Below are positions 15,621 to 30,146 of a stretch of DNA of 64,000 nt, piece after piece (positions within the stretch are counted from its first letter, which is position 1; each line of letters begins with the position of its first letter). Below the pieces are notes generated by a model. That model was not told where the DNA came from, searched no databases, and saw nothing but the letters and a program-made list of their open reading frames with translations. Made by a program: the position numbers and the translations under genes. The stretch comes from the human T2T-CHM13v2.0 reference genome, Homo sapiens. The stretch is from positions 35,072,001 to 35,136,000 of the forward strand of contig CP068257.2 of NCBI GenBank assembly GCA_009914755.4, read 5' to 3'.

Positions 15621-18132
15621 CCTGGGGCGGGTGGTAATTGGGGGAGGAGAGGCCGCAGGCAGGGAAGGGGTGGGAAAGCCAGAGAGGGAGGCACAAAGTG
15701 ATGGCAGCCCGGCAAACACTGGGGCTTCGGGCTGGGCCGCGCTCGTTTAATCCCACAAAAATCCCATTTTGGAGGTGAGAAATAGAGGTTAGAGGTCGGG
15801 CCCTTCTGGAGATCAGACCGAGGAGACGGGCCCAGCTGGCGTCTTAAAGCAAGGAGGGGGAGTCGGGAGGAGGTGAGACCCCTGCACCCAGGTGGGGCTC
15901 CCAAACCGTTCTGGATTTACCACACTCCCAGGTCCGATTTTCCATGGAGGGCTGGGGTTAGGGACTGGCACCTTCTTGTTGTTAACCGCATTTGATATTC
16001 ACAAGAACCCTGTGAGGAGACTTTGTCACCGTTTTTAGATGCCTGAGGTTGCCGGAGGGGCAGTGAGAGAATCGTCTAACCTGGTGTTCCTACCACAGTC
16101 CAGGCCCTGTGTCCTGGGCTGGACCCACAGCCCCTGCCACCACCCAGAGGAAGGCGCGAAGCTGGCTGCCTCCTTTACGGGTCTCCCTTAGGTGCCCTCA
16201 TGAAGGGGGACGGCCACCTCACAGTGCAGGAACTATCTCCCCGTTTGCTCCCAAATAGTCTTCTTGGTGTGGTGCTGTCTATGGTCTGTGACCTGCATCT
16301 GGAGTTACCCCCAGGACCAGCTTCGGAAGAGGAGGGATCGCTTGGAGGCCGTGCAGTGTGAGGAACGGCAGGCAGGGTGTGGGACCAACATGCACACACT
16401 CGCAGGTGCTGGGGCCAGGGAGGAATGAGGCGCTGGCTCCCTTTCTCTCCATTTCTCCCTGGGGGTCCCAGCAACCTGGCCATCCCTGACTTCCAACAGC
16501 ACAGCGTCCCCACAGGTCGTGCAGTGCTCTGCAGGGGTGCAGGGAGCTCCCCTCCCCCCAGCCGCAACCTCACCTTCCTCACCCCCACCCCTCCGGCAGG
16601 AAACCACAGGCTGGGTTGGGGACCCCTGGTGCTCCAAGAGAGCAGTGAGTGCTGGGAGCCGCTAACCCCGAGGCGCCTAGCACAGACTCTTCTCACCCCT
16701 TATTTCTGAAATAAAGCCCTTCCTTAGGTCCAGATGAGGACCACGTGCTCAGTGCCTCACTTTCGTGGGAGTGTATATCACTTTACAGTATCAAGACAAT
16801 TTTCTTTCGTTACAAATCTTTATTTAGTCTCTGCGTTTAGACCAAAGTAGATTTTTATGGGCTGAGTGAAAAAACCTCGCCCGCATTGGTTTCTGATGGA
16901 ACAGCTGGCAGCGCCACGGCCCCGGGTGGGGTGGCCTAGAGGCAGGGGTGCTTGGGAGGAACATCTAGCACCCGACCACCTCCACCAGGTGGGAAAGGGA
17001 CGTTTGCACCAAATCTCCGCCGGCAAAGCAGAGGCTTTGGGGAATTACAGAAAAACTATAATGATCTAAAAGAGAACAAGTTATCTTGAACTGTGCGGGT
17101 ATTTGAATCATACAGAAAATTGTCCTGTGTGCCCAATGCACTTTTGCATGTAGAGCCAGGGCCTTCGAGGAAGCTTTCAGGAGATCCCGGGCAGCGGAGT
17201 CTGGTCTGGAGTTTCATTTCCGTAGGTGCAGATTTCTCCCCAAGTCTTCCCGCCATGGGCTTTGCAAGAAGCCAGGGCCCAGAGGCCACGCTCACCGTTA
17301 ACACTGCACAGGGCAAAGGTGGCTCCAGGACAACTGCCCAACCCCAGGAACGACCCAGCAGCAGAGAAAAGGACAGCTGCCAGGGTGCCTTTGTCGCTTT
17401 TTGGAAATCAGAATTCCTGGGTCCTTAGTTAAGTCTTACTTCACCAAATCCCAGGACCTTCACATTTTGGTTCTTGCCATTGCTAACAGTTGTAAATGCT
17501 GCCGCCACGAGGCCTGGGAGGAAGGACCCGCTGGTGAGAGCACAGGGAGTGCTGCTGTGATCACGGTGGTGATGCGGGGTGAGCGCGATTTCCCGGGATT
17601 AAAAAGCCACCGCTGCCCCCGTGGTGGAGGCTGGGGGCCCCCGAATAATGAGCTGTGATTGTATTCCCGGGATCGTGTATGTGGAAATTAGCCACCTCCT
17701 CAGCCAGGATAAGCCCCTAATTCCTTGAGCCCAGGAGGAGAAATTAAAGGTCATCCCTTTTTAAATTGAGGAATAGTGGTTTTTTTTAACTTTTTTTTTT
17801 TTAGGTTTTTAGTTGCCGAATAGGGAAGGGTTTGCGAAGCCGCTGCCCTGGGCCGAGGTGCATTTTACGCTTCCAGAGGTCGAGGCCTCCAGAGACCGCG
17901 ATGCCCAGGGCGTTCCCGGGGAGGCTGAGAGACCCAGGGTGCTCTGGGTGACTGCACGGCGACTCCTCGGGAACCCACTCGTGGCTGCCCGCTTGGAAGG
18001 GCTTTGCGGCCCCGGGAACGATCTCCAGGATCTCCACGGCTGGTCAGGTTCCCCGTCCCTCGTATCCCGCGCTGCCCGGGGGCTCCTGCCTTTGGTTCAG
18101 TGCTCGCGGCACCACCGCACTCAGGACGGCAG

Positions 18133-18210
18133 TGGGGGGCTGGGGCTGGGGCTGGGCCTGGCCCGCAGTTCCTGGGGTGGGGAGCGGGCATCGTGGGTTG
18201 GGGCGGGGGA
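18133..18210 (+). repeat. G-run cluster with a (GGGGCT)3 repeat, a G-quadruplex candidate, inside CpG island E
   Basis: agtggggggctggggctggggctgggcctgg ... cctggggtggggagcggg ... gggttggggcggggga. Confidence 0.7.
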
Positions 18211-19385
18211 CGCGCCAGCAGCGCCCGCAGCTCGCCCCGCAGGGGTCGCAGCCAGGGGTCGGGAGCTAGGCTCGTGGGCCGGGAGACGCCGGGCGCGTTG
18301 TCCTCCGGGGAGGTTGGGGTGCAGGCGGTGCACCGACCCTCGCCATCTGGCGCTGCAGCCACCAGCCACGGCGCTTAGTGGAGGGTCTGCGGCCAGGCTC
18401 CCGGCGGAAAGATTCCGGGGAGGGCTCGGGGGTTGTCCCAGCCCGCGCTAAGCGCCGCAGCCTCGCCCGGCTTTCCTGCTTCCTCGGACTGTGCAGGGGA
18501 AGCCTGGGGTCTCGCGGGGCGCAGCAGTCAGGTCGAGGGTGCAGCAGGAGGGGAGTCCTGACGGGCAGGTCCCTCTTTCCCCTGGTGCGCAACACTGGTT
18601 GGTAGCTTTTGCGGAGGTGGTGAAGAAGGGCAGGAGGCCTGTTGAGCGGAGGAGTCGGGGGATCCCTAATTATGTGACAGGAGACCCTTTCCAGTTCGGC
18701 CTGTGGCCCATCCCTCTCTCACCGCCGGCAGATTGGAGTCTGCTCTCGGGGAGCCCCCAGGTAAACCCCTCACAGGGAGAAGGTTTCGGATTGGAAGGAG
18801 GACCGCGCTCGTGGGGCGCCTGTGAGAGCTGGGAAGCCCAAGGGGTAGCGTGTAGGGGGTTTTTTATGCGGGAGGAGCTGCCTCCTGGGCGGCGGGGACT
18901 TTCTGTCTCAGCCTGTCTGCCTTTGGGAAAACAAGGAGTTGCCGGAGAAGCAGGGAAAGAAAGGAGGGAGGGAAGGAGGGTCCTTGGGGGAATATTTGCG
19001 GGTCAAATCGATATCCCCGTTTGGCCACGAGAATGGCGATTTCAAAGCAGATTAGATTACTTTGTGGCATTTCAAATAAAACGGCAATTTCAGGGCCATG
19101 AGCACGTGGGCGACCCGCGGGAGCTGTGGGCCTGGCAGGCTCGCACAGGCGCCCGGGCTGCCGGCCGCTGCGGGGATTTCTCCCCCAGCCTTTTCTTTTT
19201 AACAGAGGGCAAAGGGGCGACGGCGAGAGCACAGATGGCGGCTGCGGAGCCGGGGAGGCGGCGGGGAGACGCGCGGGACTCGTGGGGAGGGCTGGCAGGG
19301 TGCAGGGGTTCCGCGTGACCTGCCCGGCTCCCAGGCATCGGGCTGGGCGCTGCAGTTTACCGATTTGCTTTCGTCCCTCGTCCAG

Positions 19386-19468
19386 GTTTAGGAGACGCGT
19401 GGGGACAGCCGAGCCGCGCCGGGCCCCTGGACGGCGTCGCCAAGGAGCTGGGATCGCACTTGCTGCAG
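19386..19468 (+). CDS. SIM2: SIM2 coding exon 2 (83 nt)
   Basis: Acceptor ctcgtccag|GT after a pyrimidine tract. Translates to (G)LGDAWGQPSRAGPLDGVAKELGSHLLQ in continuity with exon 1. Donor GCAG|gtagag. Confidence 0.9.
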
Positions 19469-19921
19469 GTAGAGCGGCCGCGCCGGGGGAGGAGGGCAGC
19501 CGCCGCAGGCTCCCTTCCCACCCCGCCACCCCAGCCTCCAGGCGTCCCTTCCCCAGGAGCGCCAGGCAGATCCAGAGGCTGCCGGGGGCTGGGGATGGGG
19601 TGGTCCCCACTGCGGAGGGATGGACGCTTAGCATGTCGGATGCGGCCTGCGGCCAACCCTACCCTAACCCTACGTCTGCCCCCACACCCCGCCGAAGGCC
19701 CCAGGACTCCCCAGGCCACCTGAGACCTACGCCAGGGGCGCCTCCCGAGCGTGGTCAAGTGCTTTCCAATCTCACTTCCCTCAGCAGGTTCCACCCAGCG
19801 CTTGCTCTGTGCCAGGCGCCAGGGCTGGAGCAGCAGAAATGATTGGGCTGCTCTGAGCTCTGAAGCATTCGGCCGCTGTGTGTGTGCAAGGGGCGCAAGG
19901 ACGGAGAGACAGCATCAATAA

Positions 19922-20330
<409 letters not shown>

Positions 20331-20439
20331 TGATTCTGTTTTTAACTCCATTTTTTAGAGGAGGAAATTGAGGCACAGAGAGGTTAAATAACATGTCTAA
20401 GGTCACACAGCAAGGGGTGGAGCGGAGTTAGCCCACTGG

Positions 20440-21120
20440 CCTAGCTCTAGAGCCCACCCGGATAACCAGAACTTGGTGAGGCCTCCGGGCTCTTGCTTGG
20501 TTTGGAGCCAGGTGCTTAGCGCCCCGAGCCCGGGGCCATTCACCCTGCAGGAGCTGCACGCGCCCCTGACCTCGGCTTTTCCCTGGCAGCAGAGGGGCTT
20601 TGCGGGTCGGCCGGGTAGCCCTGAGCACAGCTCGCCACTTCCAGGTGGGCTGTTGGCGCTGGCTGGGGACACATCCCGATCTTTCAAATGCCCTTTACAG
20701 AGCCTCATCAACGACCCGATTCATTCCCCTCTCCTGTCATTTGTCTCTGCCATCGAAAAATGCCTACCGAGAGCTGCTCTGCATTTCCGCCCTCTATTTT
20801 GTGTTTTACTTTAAAATAATAATAAAAAAAAATGTTGGCTGCAGGACGCCATGACTTAGGTCAGCGAGTCAGCCGCTAGCTCTGCATTTCCAAAAAGCAG
20901 ATCTTTTCACAACTCTCTTGCCCCAAGTGCCCTGGTGTGGTTTATTTTTTAAAATGCATGCCTGCGGAAGAGAAGACCCGGGGAATATTCGAAACCCCGA
21001 GCTTTTACAACATAAAGCGCATGGTGTGGCCGCGGCGGGTAATGGCGCTCTGGGAGCCCTGCCCAGGCGGCCTCTGCTCGCCCTCCTCCACTTCCAGCTC
21101 CGAGCTGGGTGTGTTGCAAG
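20440..21120. promoter_or_regulatory. CpG-rich block F (weaker CpG island) in intron 2
   Basis: Moderate CpG density (gggtcggccgggtagcc, gtggccgcggcgggtaatggcgc). Confidence 0.45.
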
Positions 21121-22718
21121 TTTCATACTCCTACATATTATAAGTGACACTAATATCAGGGACAACTAAGTGCTGGGGAACTTCAATGAAAACCTGGCTG
21201 GTAAAGTCAACACCCCCAGACTTCTCTGTGCTACATTTCTTTAATTAATTCCGGAGTGGTGTGTGGACGGGCGTCTTTGCAGTTATTATACACGTAAGTG
21301 AATTAGGCCATTTGAAGCTACGAAGTCATACCCAACATTTTCCATTAAGAATATTATTTTTTTAGCTACTGCTGGCAACTTTTAGAATTTAATTATGATA
21401 ATTTTCCTCTTTTCCTCATTATCCCAGATATGGCTGGTTGTGAGATACTTTTTCACTAAATGTGTCTTTTTAATGATTTTGGAATTAAGCAAGTATGCCA
21501 AATGCGCCAAGACATTTATAACTTTAGAAATTGCTGTATAGTATATATTTTTGGAACACCACAGGTTTAGTTGGGAAAATATTTTGCAGCTGAGTTAGAA
21601 ACTTGAAAGTTAGGCTTATAATCAAGATGCTGATTTTCAACCTTAGCATCGGGGAAGGTAATGATAGTTTAGTTGGCAAAGACTTTTTGCAGCAAACTGT
21701 ATTTGAGACAGCAGAATCCAAGGATATCTTTCAAGATTCACTTATACTACATTCTTTTTAGCCCCCTCTCTAGGGGTGGAGGGGGTGGCTTAGAAAAACC
21801 AAAGGTAATCTGGTTTCAATTACATGCTGTAAAAATAGAATTTGTGGCCAGAAATTAATTTGGAATATTTTTTATGGGGGCAACATTGTGGGTTGTATGA
21901 GTCTTTCACCAACTTTATTGCTTTTCTTTGGTTCTGGATCTAAAATATGAATGAGTAAATAAAATACAGTTTCCTTTTTCAAAAATAATTTAGTCTTTTT
22001 ATCCTTGACACATAAATATAATCATTACCTTTTTATTTGTCTTAATTACCTCTTATAGTTTTACTTTATTTTTGAGGGTTAGCCAACTTAGGAAAAATCA
22101 GAATTTCATTTGGGTAGTTTTCATTTTTCAGAAGTTGATACTTTTCCTCCTTGAATTTTGCAAAGGTTATTTGATCTCTTGCAAAATCTAAATAATTAAT
22201 TCTGTAGACATAGTCTGGTAAAATAACCAGGTATTTTGTTTTATTTTCTGGGCAGTGGTAGTGTTCGGAATTTATTATTCCAACGGTACTTAGAGGTAAC
22301 TAGAAAATTGTGGCAAATAAAGCATATGTCCTAGTGGTATAAATGACTGCCAATTATGACATAAAATGGTCTATATAGTGGTAGATTTTCCCCTAAGTAC
22401 CATAGAACTCCGGATTTGTACTAAGTGCTAAAATAACCCCAAACAATAAAGCTACTACGTTTAACCTGAGCTTGATAGGAATTCTCAAATGTTTTGCATG
22501 ATTTTTGTGATGTGGATGTATGATTGTTTCTAAAGTGCTTTAAAAGCATTTCAGAGCCTGGCCTGGGAACTAAACCCTGGGTGCTGTTTCCTACAGTCCT
22601 TTTTAAGACCCTGGGCTTCATTTTTGCATTTAGCAAGTATGTGTTGATGGTCATATTTGATGCATCCCTCCATCCCAGTGACTGTACCATTGTTAGATTT
22701 AACTCTAATGTAGAATGA

Positions 22719-22853
<135 letters not shown>

Positions 22854-25800
22854 TAATTTTATGTGCAACCAAAATATTAAACGAAGTGACAGCAGATTTT
22901 GACAGCCTCACCCAACTTGAAAATGAGTCTGTTTAAGTGTTTGCTTTTGTGTAAGAACATAACCCTAAATTGCAAAATCCTCTTCTCAGGACATCCTGCA
23001 GGGGTTTTCTTCTCCATATTACGTTTTACTTTTTTACTTTCTTTTTCCCTTGGGGTTTCATGACCAGTGTGTCTTCACCCCGTCAGCCTTGTTCCGAGAT
23101 TCTGCCAAAACCCGGACTATCTGCTTATGTAGTAATGCTAGATGCCCTGAAAAGAGCTCCACAAAGGGACATGTTTCAGTCCACACTTGCTGGTCTGCAC
23201 GTTACGGTATTATGAGTTGCTATAAAGCAAGAGGTAAGCTGATGTGGAACATGGATTTTATGCAGAATGTTCTTTGGGGAGAGAGAATGGGGAGGGGTAG
23301 ATTTATGAGTGTTCGCATGGAATTCGGGGTCATTTTTCCTGACTTTTTCCAGTTCAGTGGTCATTTCAGCAAAGCATTTTATATGCTTGTGATAGAAACT
23401 CATAAAACTCAGTTTACTACTGTTTTGAACAGCAAGGTTTCTTTAGAACATCTGAATATTACCAATTTTTCTGGAAAGATGGAATCATCTTCTTAAAAAA
23501 GTCCACCGTTTCCTTAGAGGAAAGAGGGGGACTCAGCTTTGTCTCTCCCTGGCAAGCCAAGGGTTTGATGGGGGATTTGGGGGCTCCCTGGGCCCATTGA
23601 ATGTCTGAAAGGGGATAGTGTAACTGATCATTCTCATTCACATGCCTGACTTAACAAATGCGGATCATGATTTTAAAAGTCACATTTTAAACTACATATA
23701 GGGACTAAATATTTCTTCACATTGTGTACTATCAGAGTGATTTTTCACCGTGACTGAAGACACACTAGAATTAATGATAGATACAGAGGATGGGTTCCAG
23801 AGAGGCCCATATTGAATTTGAATTACACCTGCCTCCTAATGTAGTTAAGCCAAAATAAAACATGCCGATTAATGTGGCTTCAGTTTGCTCATTGAAAAAC
23901 AAAATGACCACATTTGGCAAACTGCATCTGGTGTATTCCTTTTATTTTTCTGCCAATACTTTTTTTTATAAGCTTGCTATTTATTTACATCCTTCTCTTC
24001 TGATGTATGGATATCCTTATCCAGATCCACATGGGTTTATGTAACTCTGTGTTTCTCAGGCAAAACCCTTTAAAATGAATTACATATTAAAATGATATGG
24101 AAGTTTTTCTCTTCCTCTTCTCTGCTTTTATCAAACCAAGTCTCCCAAATACAGTTTACTAAGGCTTGGCACTTGTGCCTATGTGACTCATGGGATTAGT
24201 GTACTTGTAGAATGGGAACTACTGTTGGGAACAGGAAATTTACTATTTTCCATAATTATTAGGTTGATGCAAAAGTAAATGCGGTCTTTCCATTACTTTT
24301 AATGGCAATGACCGCAATTACCTTTGCACCAACCTACTATTATTATTCTCTGAATTTTTATCTTGCCCTATTTAGAATCATGCAGGGCCCTTAAGTTGTA
24401 CCCAGACTAGTTTCTACTTCTGACTTGGCCCAATTACTTACCTTTTTTAGTCATTTAGAAAACCTTTCATAGTCTTACAGTAATGTCACAAACACAACAA
24501 AACATTTCACACACTTTTAAAGATGACTGATCAAAAATCTTTTAAAATAGGTAAAGTCACTGTTATCAAATATTAAATTTAGATCTGAGCTCCCTAGCAG
24601 TCAAAGCAAAAAGGGAAATGTATTCAGTTATAGAGTTTTTATTGTCTGATAGGGCAGGTTCTTTAACCTACTTGAACCATGTAACTTAAATAGTAAAATC
24701 ATGCCTGCTCTATCTGTCTTTAAGGATCGTGGTGAGAAAGGGATCAAAATGCCTATTTCATGTGATTTACAAACTACAGGGGGCAACACAAAATCCAGGC
24801 ATACCCACAGTTTCATTTGAGCAAACTTGCTTTCAGTAGAGTCCTTTGGGGGCTCCTATTAGGGCTGCTTGGTCATTTGGAATGTCCTGGCCCATCAGGA
24901 GGTACTGTGCACATCCCAAGAGATCCGGTGCATTCAGTCAGGCCGTCCAAGTTAGCCTCTCTGTGTTATTTTTCTCTTTTTATGTGGAAAATAGAATTGA
25001 TTGATTATAAACACAATAATTAAGAAGGACCAAAATATTGGATAGGTGACAAATCTGCCTCCGGTTCATGATCGGCTCCACGGAAGGAAATCCAGGCAGC
25101 CTCACAAGTTGAAGTACTCTATTTCCTCATGATCATAATGCAGCAGGAAAACTTTGCATCATAATTTTGAGAGAGGAGAGGGGTTAGGCACTACCATTTT
25201 CTAAGAAAGTTGTAGAGATACATACATTGTCTCTTTCTCTCCAGTAGAAGTGATAGTTTCTAAAAAGATAAGTCAAACTGATCATTTGCATAGAGCAACT
25301 GATTTTTTCTGATTTCTCTGCGGGGCTGTGTTAGCATCAGTTCACAGCTACAAAAACACTTTAGTGCCAAGTGCCCTCTTTGTCGGTGTCTAGGGAGCGT
25401 TCCACGGTGAACTGTTTAAATAAGCAACAACTTTTCTCTCAAATCTTCCCCCTGTTCATGATTAACTCCATAGAAGGAAATCTAGGCAGAATCACAATGT
25501 GTATTTTTTTCTGTCTTCTTTACTTAAATAGTAAAATAAAGTATTGAATAGGATGTCAAGTACCCAACTGGTCTTTTAAACATTTTTGCACCTTTTAGAT
25601 TATTTTTTAAAAGTCAGGCAAATGTATCAAGCATGAGACCTTTATTAAAATGGGCTTAAACATTTTTTTTAAGTCATGAGAGATAAAAGTGTTAATAAAA
25701 TTTTACCCAGTAGTCAGAGTAACCTTTTAAAAAGAATTTCTGATGAATAACGATAGTAGTAATAGCTGATACATGCTGCTCTTTTGTGTTCCAAAAACTT

Positions 25801-27617
25801 TCAATTACCTTCAATGACATTATCTTATTAAGTAAAGATGTCTTTCATGTTGATTCAGTGTTAAACTTTATGTTAAAAGATCATAGAGAATGTAAGCCCC
25901 TAGATCTGCTATAATTGTGTGGAAATTCACTACAAAGTGATTTTTTGTTTTGTTTTGTTTTTGGTCTAACCTCTACTAAATGACTATCCAAATTCTTTAT
26001 TTGAGGGTATGGAAATGATTCTTTATGGGTTATAAGCCCATCCCCATTCCAAGTCTTTTATTAAGCCTTATTTGAACAAGTGTTGAAATAAATCTGCTTC
26101 GTATGGCAGAGCTAAAATTTTAGTTTTTTTTTTGTTTACACTAGTAAACAAGTGATTGTTGCTGCCAAACTTTGGTACTAAAACAATGACAGAGACAACC
26201 ATAAAATGCCAGTTGTCTCCTCAGCCCAGGGTCCAAGTGTTAGGCAGTAGAGAGGCAGGCTTTCAGCCTGAAAACTCCCGTTGGTGGGCACACTCGCACA
26301 CGTGTCCACACACAAAGCATCTAGACAAGTTTCTATCTACGTGGATGAGGTAGAGTTGGGGCAGCAATGTTTTTCCATGCGTGTTTACTAAATGATTTAG
26401 TTCCATGTGCTGTTTTGGTTAATGCAATTATTTTACTTTTATTTAGGGAGGAGGAAGAAAAATCCCCATGTAAAAATGTAGCTGCTGTATACATTTTTAA
26501 GTATCCTTGGGTTAAGTTTCCTCACCAACATTTCACACAGTTATATAGCATCTAGGTAACTAGTATACATGTTCAAATAAATATACGTATGTAAGAAATA
26601 GCTATTTATGAGAACATAAAAGAATGTCTTATTTGAGATTGTGGCCAGAAACAACCATAAACATATCGATGATGTTGTTTGGAGGTACAAGACCTAATCC
26701 TTTCACTTTTGAAATAAAGACAAAAGACAACATAATTATGTTTGTTGACATAACTTGAACCCTGAAACCCAAACCATCTTGTTTTAAAATCCTTAATTTA
26801 CCATACTCAGCAAAACACCCCAGAGTAACGTGCATTTTCAGAGTGCCAAGCAACTCTCCCCTTCCACACAGAATATATGCATTTAGTGCTGTATTTATCA
26901 TGTGTAGGTTTCTTGGCAAGAAGAAAAGCTATTCAGCAAAACATAAAAAAGCTCTTAGTAGGAAAGCTATCCATTTTGTAGTTAGCAGGGTTTTGCAAAT
27001 ACTAAAATATCACATGGAAGGTCTGTTTTAATAAGGCTGATGCATGAGACCCAGGGAGTTTTATAGCGACAACCATAATTTTTTTTTTTTTGTGAGGTAG
27101 TCACATTTCTCTCAGTGTTCAAAAGCGTGGATAGATACGTAAATACAGGAAACACCATGTCAACCATAATTTTGACTTAAGGTCAGGACTGTTTTATCAT
27201 TCCAAAATTTGTTCTGTAAAGACATTTCCGTTATTTGAAGGCTGTTTCACTTCCTAGACAGCTCTGGAGTTTTCCCGTTCGTTTTGTCACAGACTCGAGC
27301 CTTCAGAAAACCAAGCCTTTCATCTGTGCAACCTCACCCTTCTCATTCTTCAAAAGCATGTGTTGAGAACGGGAACTCTGAAAACATAAGAACCTACTCT
27401 GGGATTAAAACGCAAATCTAACCCTTAATAAGCACAGATGGAAGGTCTTTCTGCAAGGAGGTAAAGTTGTTTCCCGAAAACACATCAGTTACTTTTTTCC
27501 AGAAAAGAACTTCGAGCAAACCAGAATTATTCTTTTTCCCTGAAAACATGGGGAAGGGAGAAACGATAGGCCAATATAACATTTCTCTATTTTGTTATTT
27601 TTTCATTTTTAAAATAA

Positions 27618-27930
<313 letters not shown>

Positions 27931-30037
27931 CAATATATATTTTCTTAAGCCAACTCTCTTAGTTTTTAGCTTCTGCCACTCCGCACCTGGACAGGCCTTC
28001 CCAGGGCATAGTCATTGCCACCCTGAGGAAAAAAGGAAATGGTCCTGTCCCAAATGGCTGGCTTACCTGTTGCCAGCTTATTTAAACTTTTTAAGGATTA
28101 ACAGGAATGACTCGAAAGAAGAATATTTAGTTTTATTATTTTTCTTAAATGAAATCCTGTAATAAACTTTTCAGGGAGGCGAATGTCCGTCTGGGAGATC
28201 TGTTGAGAAAGTGCCAGGCTTGGGAAGTGGGTGTTAAGTAGAGGGTAGGGAGGATTCCTCTAATAGGATTCTCTCTGTTGCTCTGTTTGCATAATATTGG
28301 AAGGAAACATTCCATGAATAATGTAAAACATAGAACTGTGAGAGCCGTTTTAGGGACAAGATGACTTAGCAGGCCAGAAGTGTAACTTATTCTGAATAAG
28401 AAAGCAACTCGCTCTTCTTAACAAATTGGAAGAACTGGCTCAGAGGAGTGCGATAAATCACTTCACCCCTCCACGACCCCTTGGTCCCAAGTAAAAGCTG
28501 ATGGCCTAGATGCTAATCTGGAACTGCAACTCCCAGAACTTCTCCATTAAGCAGCTGGCTGGGTTGTCCTGTTGCGTGAGGTGGCACCGTCAGGATGGCC
28601 ACTTTGCAGATAATCATGTTGTCTCTCCTCTGATGGAGAGCCACAGGCTCCCAGCGACACCTGCAGCAAGACACACCTAAAAATAACAAGGGGGTGGCTC
28701 GGGACAAGACACACCATGAGCCTCCTTTTGTTATCTTGAGTTACCCTCTCTCCTTCCGGCAGGGTCAAGAAGGAATTCTCCAGACCTACCCAAGATCCTT
28801 CGCCACCCAAGGACGGTTTCCCACATGCTTTGAGTTTCTTCTCAGGCTGGGCACTGGGACTCCCCTTGGTGGTGGAGGAAGTCCTACCACTGCCCCTGGG
28901 CCTCCCCTGAACAATGCTGGGGTACACCGACTCACTGTCCTTGTCTGCCACCCTCAGCACTATTGATTATAGCTCTAAAAATAGGATCCACCCACCACTG
29001 CTCAGAAGGCTGCTCTGCTAGTCATTTCTAGAACATTCTGTGCCACTGTCCATCTTAAGGTGGGTGGGGGCCCAGGTGTTGAGACTCTATCATATCCTCT
29101 CCTGGTGCTTATGTTTGAGAGAACATTCGAAAGATTCTCAAGTTCGGGAATTTGGGCCTCCAGGGACCTCTGTGTAAAAATTGTAACTATGATGGGTATT
29201 TTCCTGGGGCCATCCATTCCTGCAAAGTGACATGGATGTGCTGTCCTCTGTGGGCTGTGTCTGGAAATAGGTAGCGTCGGACTGTTGAGGCAGCAACCCC
29301 AGGACATAATCCCCATATAACGTGGCTCTCTGGAGCAGGCCCAGACCCTCCCGCAGGGCACGCACAGCCCCAGCCACACCCCTGGGCGGGAGCCACAGAA
29401 TTAGCACAGTCATCTCGGACTGGGAGGGCCAGAGACTCATTGCTGGCAATGTGAGAGAGGCCTGGCAGCGCCTGAGGGGCACAGCTCAGAGTCGACGAAG
29501 AAAGGGCCTTTGTCTGAGTTCATGTCCTCCTCGGGCGCAGTGGCGCCCCTGCCGTGGACGGCTGGTCGGCCTCGGAGTGGACAACACTTCCACAGGGAGC
29601 ACTATGTGGACAGGACAGCTGGCCTTCTGGCCACCCAGTCCCCTCAGATCGCCAGCAAGGGAAGGACAGAGACCCTGGCCTGGGTCTGTTTCAAGCCCTC
29701 TTCTGTATGAAGGATGCTGCCCAGGCCAGCAGCGCCGCCCACCTCTGGTGCCCACCTTTTCCACCCTTTGCTTTCTGGTCCTTCCTGCTAAGGGTTCTCT
29801 TGGCTGCAAGCTCAAGCCTCAGTGCCATGGCCTTTTTAGACAGTGTGGGAGACAGTTCAGAGCTCTGAGCTCTGTTGAGAAAAGAAAACTGTTTCTGCGT
29901 TTGGCAAAGGTGTGGGTTGTCAGCAGAGATCAAAGTTCTGTTCCTGGCAGGGTGCGCACCTGTGACACACCTTGCCCCTCCCCCTGCGCCAATCCCAGAG
30001 AGGCGGTGGCATTTCTGACCCTTCCCTTCCACGGCAG

Positions 30038-30146
30038 GTGGAGCTCACGGGCAACAGTATTTATGAATACATCCATCCTTCTGACCACGATGAGATGACC
30101 GCTGTCCTCACGGCCCACCAGCCGCTGCACCACCACCTGCTCCAAG
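30038..30146 (+). CDS. SIM2: SIM2 coding exon 4 (109 nt; PAS-A)
   Basis: Acceptor ttccacggcag|GTG. Translates [36 protein letters not shown] (present in track ORF 29972..30202). Donor CAAG|gtattc, phase 1. Confidence 0.92.

Larger units (their letters stand above)
17820..19720. promoter_or_regulatory. SIM2: Intragenic CpG island E, which contains exon 2
   Basis: CpG-dense block from gccgaatagggaag to ccccgccgaaggcc. Exon 2 (19386-19468) lies inside it. (GGGGCT)3 G-run at 18133-18160. Confidence 0.7.

Noticed and set aside
23050-23496. 148-aa ORF (MGFHDQCVFTPSALFRD...) in intron 3
   Set aside because: It has no splice-site context linking it to SIM2 exons, no recognisable domain and ordinary base composition. 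An ORF of this size is expected by chance a few times in 64 kb across six frames. It is treated as non-coding.
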